DNA of 64,000 nucleotides from Dicyema japonicum. Its lineage: Eukaryota; Animalia; Dicyemida. Below the pieces are notes generated by a model. The model made no database searches. It saw only the letters and a program-made list of their open reading frames with translations, and had not been told where the DNA came from. Positions 12,701 through 26,043 of this stretch are shown in pieces. The stretch spans positions 219,448 through 283,447 of the forward strand of contig RDEW01000055.1 in the NCBI GenBank assembly GCA_011109175.1, given 5' to 3'. Position 1 is the first letter of the stretch. Each line of letters starts with the position of its first letter. The position numbers were made by a program, and so were the translations under genes.

Positions 12701-15700
12701 TATAAGGATAAAATCTACGTTTATATAGAGAACACGGACCCGAAAACCGTGATTTTGTCCGCTCATGGATATGGAACTACAATCTCCGTAGATCCCCCAT
12801 TTTGTCCGTCCATGTTTCTAGGAAATCATTTTAGGTAGCATTTTAACTTACCGTCAGTACGAAACCATTCAAGAATGTTTACAAACTTAAGAATGAAGGC
12901 AAACGGCAGCAGCATTTGGTTTGGAATTGCGTTCCAATGAGTTCCGTGACCAATAAAAACGGAAAAATTCATCTTACACACGAGGTTTGAATTTCGGGGG
13001 ATATTTAGATTGCGACTAAAAAGTTCAAGACTACCTTTACTTTGAACCCAAACAGGATGGATCTCAACGTGGGGGACGAATGTCTTCTCTACCTCGAGGC
13101 CAAGTGCCAAAAGTAGGATATCAACTAATTCCAGTCCCCAAAAAATATCAGAACTCATAGTTTGTGACGCCATAATAGGTCAGCACGGGGGGAAAGACAC
13201 TATCATAAGTTCTGAGATAACCTGCAATTTTATCGAACCCAACGTTGAGCTTGAAAATTCTGAATTAACTTTTGTATTTGAAAAAGTATGAATTTTGTGA
13301 AATTTCTAGAATATAACAAACGAGTTGCACGTTCAAAACAGATCATTCGGGATTCGGAATGTCTGTCCTCTAAAACTCGAGACAATTTTGTCCACAGAAT
13401 ATCCTTTCAGTTTGGCTTACAATTCCTCCACTTTTTGTCAGGAAATGGTAAATAATCACCAAATGTTAGACATTGATAATCGACCCGGACGTAGAGGAAA
13501 CAATCCTCGTCCAATTTGACCCCGCCTTTGAGGATGACTTGATAAACCGTCAAGTCGTGAGAATCTGGTGATAAAATACGTCGATCACGTAAAAATTGTA
13601 TGTTCAACATTTGACTGGTAGGATCGCATAACCTTGAAGGGACAGGTTTTCTTCCCGAATTTGACCTTCGACTCTAAGTTCATTAATTTTGGGAATATCA
13701 TCAACAATAAGCAATCCATAAAGTACCTCAGAATGTACAACTCTTCTACAATTTCCTCTTCATATTCTTGGAATTTTGTGCGAAATACCCTCAAAACTGA
13801 GATTATCATCCCAGTAATTATATTTGCTAATTTTAGAACGAATTTCCGCCTGACTCGGAAAATCCCCCAATCGAACAAGTAAATGTCCTTAGTAAATTAG
13901 ATCTTTGATATTTTACCTTCTAGTGGAGTCGTGAATCCACAGGAATCAGAAATCATCACTTTCACATATTTCGGAAACGAAAACAGGGCTTTCACCGGCA
14001 AAGCCTGTTGCTACATTCAGGGGGGACCAATTTATGAATTCGATCTCCGAGCTGTTTCCTCAGAAATAAGTTACCACTTTGAGGAAGAGGAAATTAATCT
14101 CGGAAAAATAGTAAGCGTATTTACAAAGTTTAGTTGTTTGATCGGACCTGTCTGTCCCAAATTGTTGTATACAATGACTGTGTCGTACCATTAAAGTACA
14201 GCATCATACAAGACTCTGAAAACAAGTTACTACAGCCCTCCGTGGAAGTTCAGACCGTTCCTAACATTTAAATTTAAACTTAGGACACCATTGAAGGGAA
14301 TAGTCACATGTCCATTCAAGTGGAAATATTACCGTTGATTCTGGGGGACTTTGAAAGATACATAAAAATACAAGTTTATGTGGGGTTAAATTCAGATCGC
14401 TCATTTCGAGCCAAGGGTCATCAAATTCCGTGGATACGGAGTCTGTCCTTCAGTCGACATTGATCTGTTAATGGAGTCTGAGATGGTGCTTTCAGTCTTA
14501 ACTGATTTAGTCCGCTGAATTTATTGCTTCCAATATGAATGACAAATTGAGTGAGTTTGTAGAATCCAACAAGTCTTTGAACTGTGCCACGTTTGACGAA
14601 AAAAGTCATGTGCAGTTTTTGTGTAAAAGGTTGGATGCAAAGTTAATAGCAGATTATTCGAGAAAGAAGCCCCAATTGACTTTGGCAATGTGATTCCTGG
14701 AATTCCTAAAGAAATCATTTTTTCTGTTCGAAATACTTGCGAAATACCGATTTCTTTCAAAATGAAGAAAAAATGCTTAAAGAAGTTGGGGTTCAAAATA
14801 ATCTACAATGAAATGGAAGCGGGTTACCTCCCAGTAGGAGGTCGACAAACGGTAGGAATTTCACTCAAAGCTCCTCAAATTGAAAAGGAGTCTCTCTCCC
14901 TATTTTCACAGCAACAAATTCTTGTATTTTTGATGTCTCCAATATTAGATTGATAATGGACCTTCTGTTACTCTGAACCTAATGGCGACAGTCACAAAAC
15001 CTTATCTGACTTTCACAAGTGACGTCGTCGAGTTTGACTCAGTTCAGACCAGCTTTTCAAAAGTCATTTTCGTCAGATTGAACAATCCTCACCCGGTGGA
15101 CGTCCACTGGAGTATAAAATACCCCCTAAAGAAAAAGAAGGTACTAGAACTTCTAAATTTAGCAAATCGATAAGTTTTTGCCTTTGCATTTGAAAGTTTC
15201 AAAGAACAAAGAAAATGACCATCGACGAATTTTCGATTTTAAGGAAATCAACGGGACCGTTTTCTCTGGTGAGTTCACTGATCTTCCCATTGCTTTCTCC
15301 CCCAGAGAAGAGGTACTCTTGAGAATAACATAAAGATGTTTTACGATGAAACTATCACTTTCAATATTGTCGGAAATCAGGAAAGTACGTGTTTGCAATG
15401 TACGGGATATGGACATGAGCCAAAACTACAGTTCGACTTGAACTTTTTGGAATTCGGTCCTTGCTTGCCTCATTCCCCCGTGTTATCAAAGGAAGTCAAA
15501 ATTTCAAACCCATGTGACTTTGACATAGAATTTTACAGTCTAAATTTTGACAAAAAATATGTCTCAGAGGACCAGGTTGATCCTCTAACTAAGTGTTAAG
15601 ATTTTGAAGAACATAACTTCTTATGATGAATTCAAGTGTATAATGAGCCCAGCTCGTTACCCGAGGACAGATCTCCCGAAATATCTAACTGAAACGGTTT

Positions 15701-18700
15701 CGAGTTCTTCTCCGACGAAAATCGACCATAATGAGGATTTTAGGAATGGTTGGATTGCTAAAATATGTGTTTAGACTCGGAAAACCAGCCTGATTTGTCC
15801 GATATTCCAATTTCGGAAAGGAACAAAGAGGATGAAGAAAATTTTATCGCTTTTCTGATCTTAGAATCTCCTGAATTTGGTATATGCTGTGATTTAACCA
15901 GATAAATCCAAAATTGTTGAGAAACTGACGGAGGAATATAAAATAAAGCATTTGGTCATCGATGAAGTCATTACGGGGGAAATCTCATCCGAGAGAATCA
16001 CTGAGTCGAATGAATTATGCAGAAAGTTGTGCCGGGAAGCGTGTGCAAAGAGGGAGGAAGGTCTGTTGGACGTTATTGAGCGGACTTCTGAAGTATTTTT
16101 GGACACTCCAACTCCGTGTATGCTGAAAATATTATTTATAAGCCAAACTGGGGGTTTCGAAGACTAAGACAAAGGATAAAAACAAAAGTATGGTCAATGA
16201 GGGGGTTAGAGTGAGTGGAATTAGCTTAGATATTCCAATGTGGACTGTTGAAGCCGGTGGAGATAAAACCCGACATGATTTCGTGTTCACTACCGGAGGA
16301 TATTGTGGTAGAACTTATATCCAAGAGAATACAGGTAATTAGCATTGTTATTATCGACAGTCTGAATGCATGAATGGGGTCGTAATTAGTGGATTTGAAT
16401 CTGTGTATACTTCCTCCTATGTCAGTTCGCTAACATGTGCTCTCAAATCTCTGGGGAATCAGAAACACATTTACTCAATCTTCATAAAATCAAAGCTTTC
16501 AACGTACATTGAAAATAAGCGAAAACAGGAAGAGGAGATTGGTTGTTAGATTTTTGTAAAATTAGCCAAAATGATGGAACTGAAGGAACTCCACGAGAGA
16601 CAGTTGATTGAGGAAATGAGTGAGAGTGAGTATGAAAACCTCAGTCAAGTGGAAAAGGAGGCAGTAAACATGAAATTATTGGAAATTAAGCGAGAAAGAA
16701 TTGAAAAGTGCTTTATTACCTAATTGTGAGGTCCGATAAGGAAAAACAAGAAAAACTGCTGAAAGAACAAATAGAGAAGGAAAATAGTACCAAGAAAACT
16801 GAAGAAAGGTGATCCGTTTGCTAATTTCAGAAGGAGGGACCGTGGAAAGAACAAAAGCGCTAGCGGAGTGAAGTCAGATAAACTAAAGACTTTGAAGTCT
16901 AAAGACGATGTCCCTGAACTGTCCGAGTCTGAGAAGTATTCGAGTCATTTAATTCCAAAGAAAAAAACTTAAGAAAATAAACGAATCTGAGAAAAAGGAG
17001 AAGGGGGAGTCAATTCGGATGCGGAAGACACTCTTTCGTTGCATGAGATGTCTGTTAGTATGAGGTACCCCGCTATTTTTACAAAGATATAAAATCTACG
17101 ATGGAGTCATTTCTCAACTAAAAGACTACCTCACATGCTGGAATCGACAGAACCTATCTATTAGTAGTTTCACCAATGAAAATGAGGATGACTTAAAGTC
17201 TAAGCAAAAAGGAGCACGTGGTTCACTGGAATTTATTACTCAAAGAGCCGAAAAAGCAAAAATCCGACGTCATGGATGAGAAAAACAAGGCCAAAAAAGA
17301 CACTGGCATTCTTTTCACGGCAATAGAACCGGACGGAATGGAAGAGGACGAAGTCATAGAAAGCATTCTGTCCTGTGACATCTTTCCCTCGTATGAAATG
17401 GTAGAGTTTAAACTTGCATGACAGATTTGCAACATTTTCGAACGAAAGGAATCATTAAAGCCCTTGCAGTCTCAGTTATTTTCCATCATTAAATATCCGA
17501 CTGAGCAAAAGAACTTGACATGTTCGGAAAATTTTTCGATATTATCCGTGAGACCCGAAGATACTGAAGTGTTTGTGCTTATTTGTAAAAGTATAACAGA
17601 AGCCCTGTCGAAGAGTTGGAGACTACTTCGGTTCCTAAGGCAAGCGTTTCCGATAAAATGTTGAATGTATCTCCCCCAAAGTCGAAAAAGACAAAAAACC
17701 GTATTTTTGATTCAGTAATGTTAAGAGAGGCGTAAAAACTCTGAAAAGAAGGATAGGAACCTGTCGCTTTCTACTTTTCAAAACGAAGCTGAACCGTAAA
17801 AGATATATTAAATTTAGACCATTGTCTGATCAGGAAGTGTTGGAGGTCAAACCAAAGTATATTTATTTATGTATGTTCAGGGAGAAATACTATCGGTGGG
17901 TGATCCCCGCCAACCAAGACATAACCATGAATGTCGGCTTCATGTCTGATCTCGTCGGAAACTTTGATCAAACACTGAGTTTTGAAATTTTGGGTTCACG
18001 AAGACTGATCCAACTATTTTGCCGAGGGATTTGTTGTATTCCTGCAGTTTGTACAGATCCAAAGTATGTGGTCGATTCACGAATTTAGGTTCATATTTAA
18101 TTCCTTCAAAAAGAGAATCAAGGATAATGAGATTTTTAACAACAAATTCATCCTGGAGACCAACACATACCACTTTGGTCCCCTACTAGTAGGAAAATCC
18201 CGGGAAAAATACCGAGAATACATTTATGTGGAGAATAGTGAAAAACTATCCATAAAGAATATATCCTATATGAACATTGAAATAGAATTCTCATTCTTGA
18301 ACGACGAAAACGCCAGCATATTCTTGTTTGATCCACCCAAAATGAGTCTTGAACCCAACGAAACCAAGGTTCATGCTCACTAATGCTTAGATCTTGTCCA
18401 TTTGGGCGTATCCCACTAAAGCGGAACTTTTTGAGGACACTCTAATTTGTTCCATTAAAAACAACCCGATTCCTCTCACTTTCGATGTCAGCTGCAGTGG
18501 CGTCAAACCAGAGCTGAAGTTCAGCACAAAAATACTTCAATTTGACAAAGTCCTGCTGCATCGGTATTTATTTGTCGTCATTTTTAGGAAGGAGTCGAAA
18601 ACTATTAACATTTATAACCCCACACAGCTCCCCGTTGGGTGGAGACTTGCGGGGATGGAAAACCTCGGGGATGATTTCTCAGTTTTGAAAAATACAGGGA

Positions 18701-21700
18701 TTGTCATGCCATATGAGGAGTTCTCCCTCCCCTTCTTCTTCCGTACTACCAAGCCTGTGATTATCACAAAGAAATACATAAGATTTGAGGTTACATCCAA
18801 TCTCAATTCTGACAGATCTTTGATGCCTCCAATATAGTAGGAATCGTGGACAGTGAGATCATAAACGTGGCTGTGGAAGCATACGACATTGCACTGGATA
18901 TAACCTTCCCCAAAGGTGTTTATTTTAGATCATTAAAGGGGTTGATGGGGGTTTGGACTTTGGGGTCTTCCACGTGGGGAAGAGGTTAAACAAAATATAA
19001 CACTAAAGAACAAGGGAAAGTACGAAATTGCTTACAAGTAATAAGTAATGTGAATATTAGTTTCATGTTTTATGACGATGATAAGTCAAATTGCTACAAA
19101 AAGTATTTCATACTCCCAAGTCTAACACTCTCGGAACGGGGAGAGGCCCAACCAAATCCAATTCTATCTCTAAGCTAATGAAGAAATTGACATAAAAAAT
19201 CTCCCAATTTTGAAGTTCCAAGTAATCGACATGAATGTTTTCAATAAACTTAACGTAATCGCCAATATTCCTGTCAGAGTGTCCGCCAAAAGCGTATACA
19301 GCAGGCACGCTTCTGACTAACTCTAAGATTCCAAATCGTCCCATCCAATGAAATAAACTTTGGACATCTTTCGACTTACAGCAAAAAGTCGAGAACGCTT
19401 ACCATCGAAAACACAGGAAATTACGAATTTAAATATTATTTTATCAAGTCAAGCGACAAAAAACAGTAAGACATTATTAATTCTAGAAAAAGCGATCTTG
19501 CTCAGCCGAATCTAATCCAGACTAGAATCTCAATAAACTGTTTCACAATTTCCCCCGCCTGTGGTCTCGTGATGCCTGGGAACATCCAAATCGTCAACAT
19601 TGACTGTGTAACGGAACATCCATCAGTCTGTATCGAGGTATCTCCATATATGACCTCAAAGAACTTTTACATTGAAATATCCGACCGAGACACGACAAAG
19701 TATCCAAAGGGGATCCCTCTAAAGTTGATGACCGAAACAGTCCATCCGGAAATATGCACAGACATCGATTCCATATTCGAGGAGCACTTTATAGTAGAAA
19801 AACTTCAAAAACATGATTTGAATCAGGTAACTCTGATTCATACAATTTCAGCTAAACTACAACGGCATTTTCATTAAAGACGAACAGAAACTGCTCTTCC
19901 CTCATGTTTCCGTGGGCAAGCACGTGCAGTGTCGTATTAAGCTACGGAATATATGCCAGGTTATAAAGATCTGCTTATTCACAGATTTCAGTCGATATAA
20001 TTGTCGTGTTAAAATCACAAGGAAAAAAACAGTCAGAGTGTTTCAGTCTGGAGGTCTCCAAGTTTCAGATCCCCATAAATGATTATGTTATGGCTCCCAT
20101 AAAATTTATTCCGACTAGTCTTCAGGTGAGGGTCGTTTGGGACTATTAGATGTACAATACCACACTGGAATGCTATATTGATAATAACCCGGGAAATCCA
20201 AAATCTACAAAAACTCTAATTTTCTCATATTTACTTGAGGGAGAGGGTATCTTCCCCTCAGTCCAAATAATTGAGCCTAAACTCAAAAACGTGAAAGGTT
20301 ATTGCTTTTCAAACTTCAGGACAACCGTTGATTCTGTTTGAGAGAACTCGAATAAATAAAAAGATCGTAAAATCTCTGGAAATCCTAAATAGTGGAGTCT
20401 GGCCAAGTGTCGTCTCCATCAACCTCAAGGATTCTAATGGGTCTTTAAAATGGGCAATTCTGATGATCCAAACAACTATGATATTTTCGGTATTGAAATG
20501 TAAAGATTGTAGACTTTGAAAAGAGCGCAATGACAAGGAGACTCAACGCGAATGAACGCTTCACTGGTGACATAACAATTGAGACCTCTGTCCCCAACAG
20601 CTACAAAGCCCAAATATTAATTACCGTTGACGGGAACGAATATGAGAAACCGTCATCCCTGTTCAGGCGAGATTCACGATGACCCAGTAATTCTGGAAGG
20701 TCTGCAACTCTCCAAGTCGTTAACCACTAAGACTGAAAGTTCCTCATCCGACGAATTCCAAAGTTTATTTCAGATTTAGTCAAGTCGCTACATTGAATCA
20801 AATTTATCTCCCCGACGTTGTAGTCGGAAATAAAACATCCGCACAGTTTTCCCTAGTGAACTGCACTGAGAACAGCTGTTATAGATTCACGTGGATTGAA
20901 ATCCAGAATTTAAAAATACATCCAAAGGTTTGTTCTGCTAAACACCCCAGATTGGCCATTTACATGCAGGTACCACAAAAAACATGACTGTGACTTTCAA
21001 AACGTCAAAACCCGTTCAGCTCTCAGAACAGATAATTTGCTGCAAATTGCAAAAGATTACATTCAGTGATAAAATATCAAACGTAATCGACTGGGACGAT
21101 CAGCTCAAGGTTGCCAAGTGGGACAAAATTCCTCAATATAACGAAGACAGGTATTTTCCTTAAATATTCAGAAGCGAAATAATTTCATATAAAAACTCAA
21201 AAATTTACGAAAATGTCCCCGAAATAGAATTCACGGAAGTCAACGAAGCTGTGAGTCCTCTCGAATTGAAAGTTTCCACCAAATCTGATACTATTCGCTA
21301 TTCCGTCGACGTCACAAAACTGACGTTCTCAGACATTCCTGTCCTTGAGTCTGACACGAAAGAGTTCAGTTACCTCTAATTTTAGAATATGTCTAATAAA
21401 CGAGAGCACAATTGGATTAGAGTACTTTTGGGAGATTGAAGAGATCTCTGATAGTGACTCCAATAGGCATAGAGTTTCCTGATTTCCTAGTGATATGTGT
21501 GTGGAATACAAGCCATTCAGTATTCATCCTCAAAGTGGCTCCGTTCAGCAGGGAAAAGGACAAACTTTTACTGTTAAATTTACTCCACTGGAAGTGAAGA
21601 AATTTGAAATTAAAATGCAATGCAGGTACCTCCACCTTTATATCAGAATATCTGACGTTTCTGACAAATCGTGGCCGATTTTATCCATCACTGGCAGTTC

Positions 21701-24700
21701 TAAATGCCCAAACTTTTATTTCGATTTGGAACAGGACTCTACGATTTCTAACTTCCAGTACCTTTACTCTCCTCTTCCAGCGAGAGAGTTTCCGTGCGAT
21801 TTGTTCTACAGCCCCGTTCGGATTAAAATTGACACGAATGCCGTCCAAAATAAAATAATAAAGTTTATAATTTGTTTATTCGAAGAAAGTTTGTCTTCTT
21901 CAATCCAATCGACGAACGCCTGAGATTCCGATGGGTCAACAAGGACGAGTTTATCTTCAGTAAGGACGTCAGTTTGCAATGTTTTACTGTGGAGGACTCA
22001 GTCGGTCCTGGAAAACGATACGAGGTTCTTTAATGACGCTTATTTTCAGATGGCCTTTCAGTTTGAGTGCAAAGTCGAGGGGATTTTTGAGTTTCGTGGG
22101 ATTTGGTGATTCTACCAATAAACCTTACACTCCCATTCACATTTATTGGAACCTACACCAACCCTTGTGTGATGCTCGATCGGTCATTCATTGACTTTGG
22201 CAGAGCATTCATAGGTAGAGTCTAATTTTACCATAATAGGGAGAAAGCTGATTTCCAAAATAAAGATAATTAATTTGGAGGACTTCCCCCAGGAATATAC
22301 AGTCGACAGATCCTCATGTTTCAGCACAAGTTTTATCTCCCATTTGACCATTACACCAGAAAGTGGATTTCTTTTACCAAAATCACAGTTAATTATGTTA
22401 ATCACAATAGTAACGACTTGGAGATAAGTTACTGCCACGATAAGGCAATAAATGTGAACATTCACCCACTGATTTACATAAAAAACAGAACGGCTCCACT
22501 TAAACTCAACATCAAGGCCGTTATCGCGGGTCGAATGCATGGTAGTCATGGAAACAGAGACCAAACAGAGAATCCCCCTTAAAGAAAACGAGCTTAACCT
22601 CTTTGAACTAAACAAGGTCATTTACGTTAAAAATAACAGTTTGCCACTGGGGAAACCATCGTCTATACATTTTACATCACCAACAAGAGTAACTTTCTGA
22701 TTGAGTACAAATGGGTCACCAACGAGGACATTGATGACTCTTGTAAAATTTATCCCGAATTCGGAAATATCCCTGCTTTTGAAGAAACGAACAGTCACTT
22801 ACTTCTGAGGTTCCCTGATTTCGGAAACAACAGGAAACTGACCATCAGTCTCTCTGTATACTATATCCCATATGTCTAGATTATAAATGGGCCAACTTAC
22901 AAGATCAGTCTGGTTTTGAAGTCGAAGGTCCCGGGAATTCATTTTTCGTTCTTCTCCCATAATTTTGAGCTCTGTTATATCCACCCAGCTGGGACCACCA
23001 AAAAGAGAACTGAATTAGTGCTGTATAACAAGGAAAAGTCCAACTTGAGGTTGTTCACATCTGTGATTATAGTCTGCGACTTATTCGAGACAACTGTGAC
23101 CCCTTTGATGTTGAATTTGAATCGGTGTTGTTGAGTCCGGAGCAGGAAGTAATCGTCCCGATCAGTTTTACTCCTTCAAAGTCAGGCAAATTCTCAAAGA
23201 CCATCACCTTTGAAATAAACGGAGTCCACTCGAAGACTGTCCAACTGTTCGGAAAGGCTGTGGATCTAAAAGTCCTCATTTGTAACATTAAAGATTGAAA
23301 CCGCCGAATTGAATGACACCACCCTCAATTTTGGGACTATTAAAGTGGGGGGTGTTAAGAAAAAGAATGTTGTTTTGCTCAACAAGACATCACAACCAGT
23401 TAATCTCAAGTTAAGTCTGATAACCGCTCGATCCACCGCATTTCAGCGTGGTTTGATGGAAATAAAGCCTTCCAGTATGATTTGCATGGAAGCAAAAAAC
23501 GGAAGAATGCCAATTTCCTTAATTTTCTCTCCCAAAAATCGGGTTTCTGAATTTACAGACGAAGTACGTGTTTTCTACATTCGTAGGTGTTGATTGAAGT
23601 CGAGGACATTGCTTTCAGGGCTTTCTATGTGACTGGAAAAGCCATAGCCTCCGATGTGGTCCTCAATACCTCCAATATTGCCTTCGGAAAGATCACCCTG
23701 GGTTGCAGTGTCGAGAGAAAATGCCAGATTCTGAATAATGGGGACATTGGAGTGAGGTTTAGACGTTTAGGGAGTCGTAGATTTGTCTGGGAGAATACAA
23801 ACTCGGAAATAGAGATATCCCCATCAACGGATTCGTTAAACCGGGGGACATGGCTCCGATTGATATTGTTTTGAAGCCAAATTCAGTGAACAATGATATA
23901 AGAATCGAGGTTCCGTGAATTTACCGTATTTGCAGAACATCAAGTGTTTTCTAGGCGACATGACCTGTTTGGATCTGATTGTGACGGGGTCCTGTGAGGC
24001 GGCCATTCCGTTTAAGGAAATTGAATTATTCGTCACTTCTGTCAGACAGTTGGATCGGAGACAAATACCACTGATAAACAGATCCAGTCAGACAATGTCC
24101 ATTGAACCGAAGATTGAGGGGAAGTATTGGTCAGGGGGAGATCACATTATTGTTGAACCCTATCAGACTAAATTGTACGATGTTATCTACCAACCGTTGA
24201 GTATGACCACGGAATCCAATAGACACTACGTATGAGTATCTGTTATTCCAGGGATCAATATTTTTCCCGCTCCCAGACGGGACTGCCCTGTATTACACTC
24301 TTCAGGGAATCTCAGAACCCCCGAAACCGAGCGGGAAACTCTCATTAGAAGTATCCTCCAAACTACAACTAAACGAATCCGTAAAAGTAGAGAATTGGTT
24401 GAACGTTTCCCAATGGTGAACCATTAATGTTATAAATGCAGCTTTAAGATTGTGATAACCCACGTGCGACCAGAAAAGGTGGACCAAACCTTCAAAGTTC
24501 ACGGTCCCTCGCACATAAACGTGGGAGCTTTGGAGACTGTGAATTATGATTTCAGTGTTTACTCCTACAAAGAGGGAGCATTCAACTTTAAGGTTCCCCC
24601 TTGCTTGATTTTAGATAACATTCTTGAACGAATCGTCTGGTGAGTACATCTTCTACGAGGTTTTCGTAAAATGCACAAAAACCGAATAAGTTTGGGCCGA

Positions 24701-25638
24701 TCACCATCTCTTCAGTAGTCAGGCAGACGGTCTCTGTGCCAATAGAAATCGAAAACCCCTTGAATATTGGCGTAAATTTACAAGTGTCCACCAATATCTC
24801 TGAAATATCGCACCCACCAGTGCTCACTGTAGGACCGAGATCTTCCGTTTGCCTTCTGTTAATGTTAAGACATCAATGGCCGTCGATTACCAGCCGGTAA
24901 AGGCCGGAGAGGGAATTCTCGGTAAATTGGAGCTTTTTTGTGTTGAGCTCGGCCATTTTATCTACGAATTCATTTTAACTGCGGTTCCCCCAAAGTGTGA
25001 GAGTCCCATCAATTTTTCCGCCTACCTTGGTTCGAGCAAAGTAGAAGTGGCAAAGCTTTTTAATATTGCAAAACAAAAATGTGATTATGTCTTGAAGGTT
25101 TGCTTATTCTAATTCCGTAGACTAATAATCCTGACTTCCACGTTGAAAAAATCCTCAGTGCTGTTCCAGGGGGAGCCTCGGGAAATTTGATTCCCATAGA
25201 TGTTGTGTTCGAACCTTCTAAAATTGGATTGGTGGAGGGAATTCTTAGTGTTTCCTCGAATATTGGCGGAGAATATGAGTTTCCTTTAATAGGGACATGT
25301 CTGGCTCCGAAACCTCAGGGACCTCTGTTGGTGAAGGCGGGGATGACCATTTATGTCCCCTTTAAGAATCCTTTCCATTCAACCGTTAGTCTGAATGTGC
25401 AAGTATGGGCTTTTTCTTTTTGAAGGTGGACAACCCGCAATTTTACGTGGCACGTCCGGTGGAAACCGTAAAACCGAGAAGGGAGATTAGAATTGCAGTA
25501 GGATTTAGTGGAATCGATTTGGCTGGCAAAGGAGGAGTCTCAGTCTCAAAACTTTCCATCATTTGTGCAAAATCACAAACAGTGGAGGAAAGGATTCAGT
25601 GGGTCTACTATTTGAGAGGGGTTTCCAGCGAAAAGTAA
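9759..25638 (+). CDS. HYDIN: HYDIN, axonemal central-pair protein (many ASH/PapD-like Ig repeats), split by very many 20-28 nt introns
   Basis: Spliced N-terminus LSPSLYMKINMMNTEERL..QPFPSEIFFQRYQPNETYKFPLTLRNNDKVPRLIK..FTPEENKDYVHELICITEREKFVIPVRGIGARPILDFPD, internal EAYDIALDITFPKGVDGGLDFG, and C-terminal WVYYLRGV all match HYDIN as I recall it. About 28 GT-AG introns traced by hand in 9759-14650. Scattered 1-nt frameshifts. Confidence 0.95.
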
Positions 25639-26043
25639 TTTCAGTTTAATTTACTAATTCTTTAAAATAATGAATTTTTAACTCACATTACTTTTGTTGA
25701 ATAATCATTATAAATACAAACTCAAAGTGGGTGAGGTTGAATACTGCTTAACCAGTGGGGACATTATGTTAAGGATAAGCGATATCAATAGTATGTAAGT
25801 TATGCAGTATAGATCATTTAGTTATTATGGTCCAATAAGGTACCACAAAGGAGTCCAGGCTCGTCGGGTAAAACTCGTGGTTATTATTTTGCACAATTAA
25901 ACTAAAAGAAATTTATTTCATCGTCGCTTTGAAACACCGTGAATAATCTTCCATGTTAGATTCTTTCACGCTCTCCTCGAGTTTCTTATTTAAAGTCAAA
26001 AGATCTTTGTGAATTGAAATAGGCAGAGCGTCAAAAGTATCCA

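Noticed and set aside
9759-25638. Ciliate-type stop-codon reassignment or Euplotes-like programmed frameshifting
   Set aside because: In-frame stops fall inside GT-AG mini-introns, Gln and Trp use standard codons, and frameshift sites share no AAA-TAR motif.
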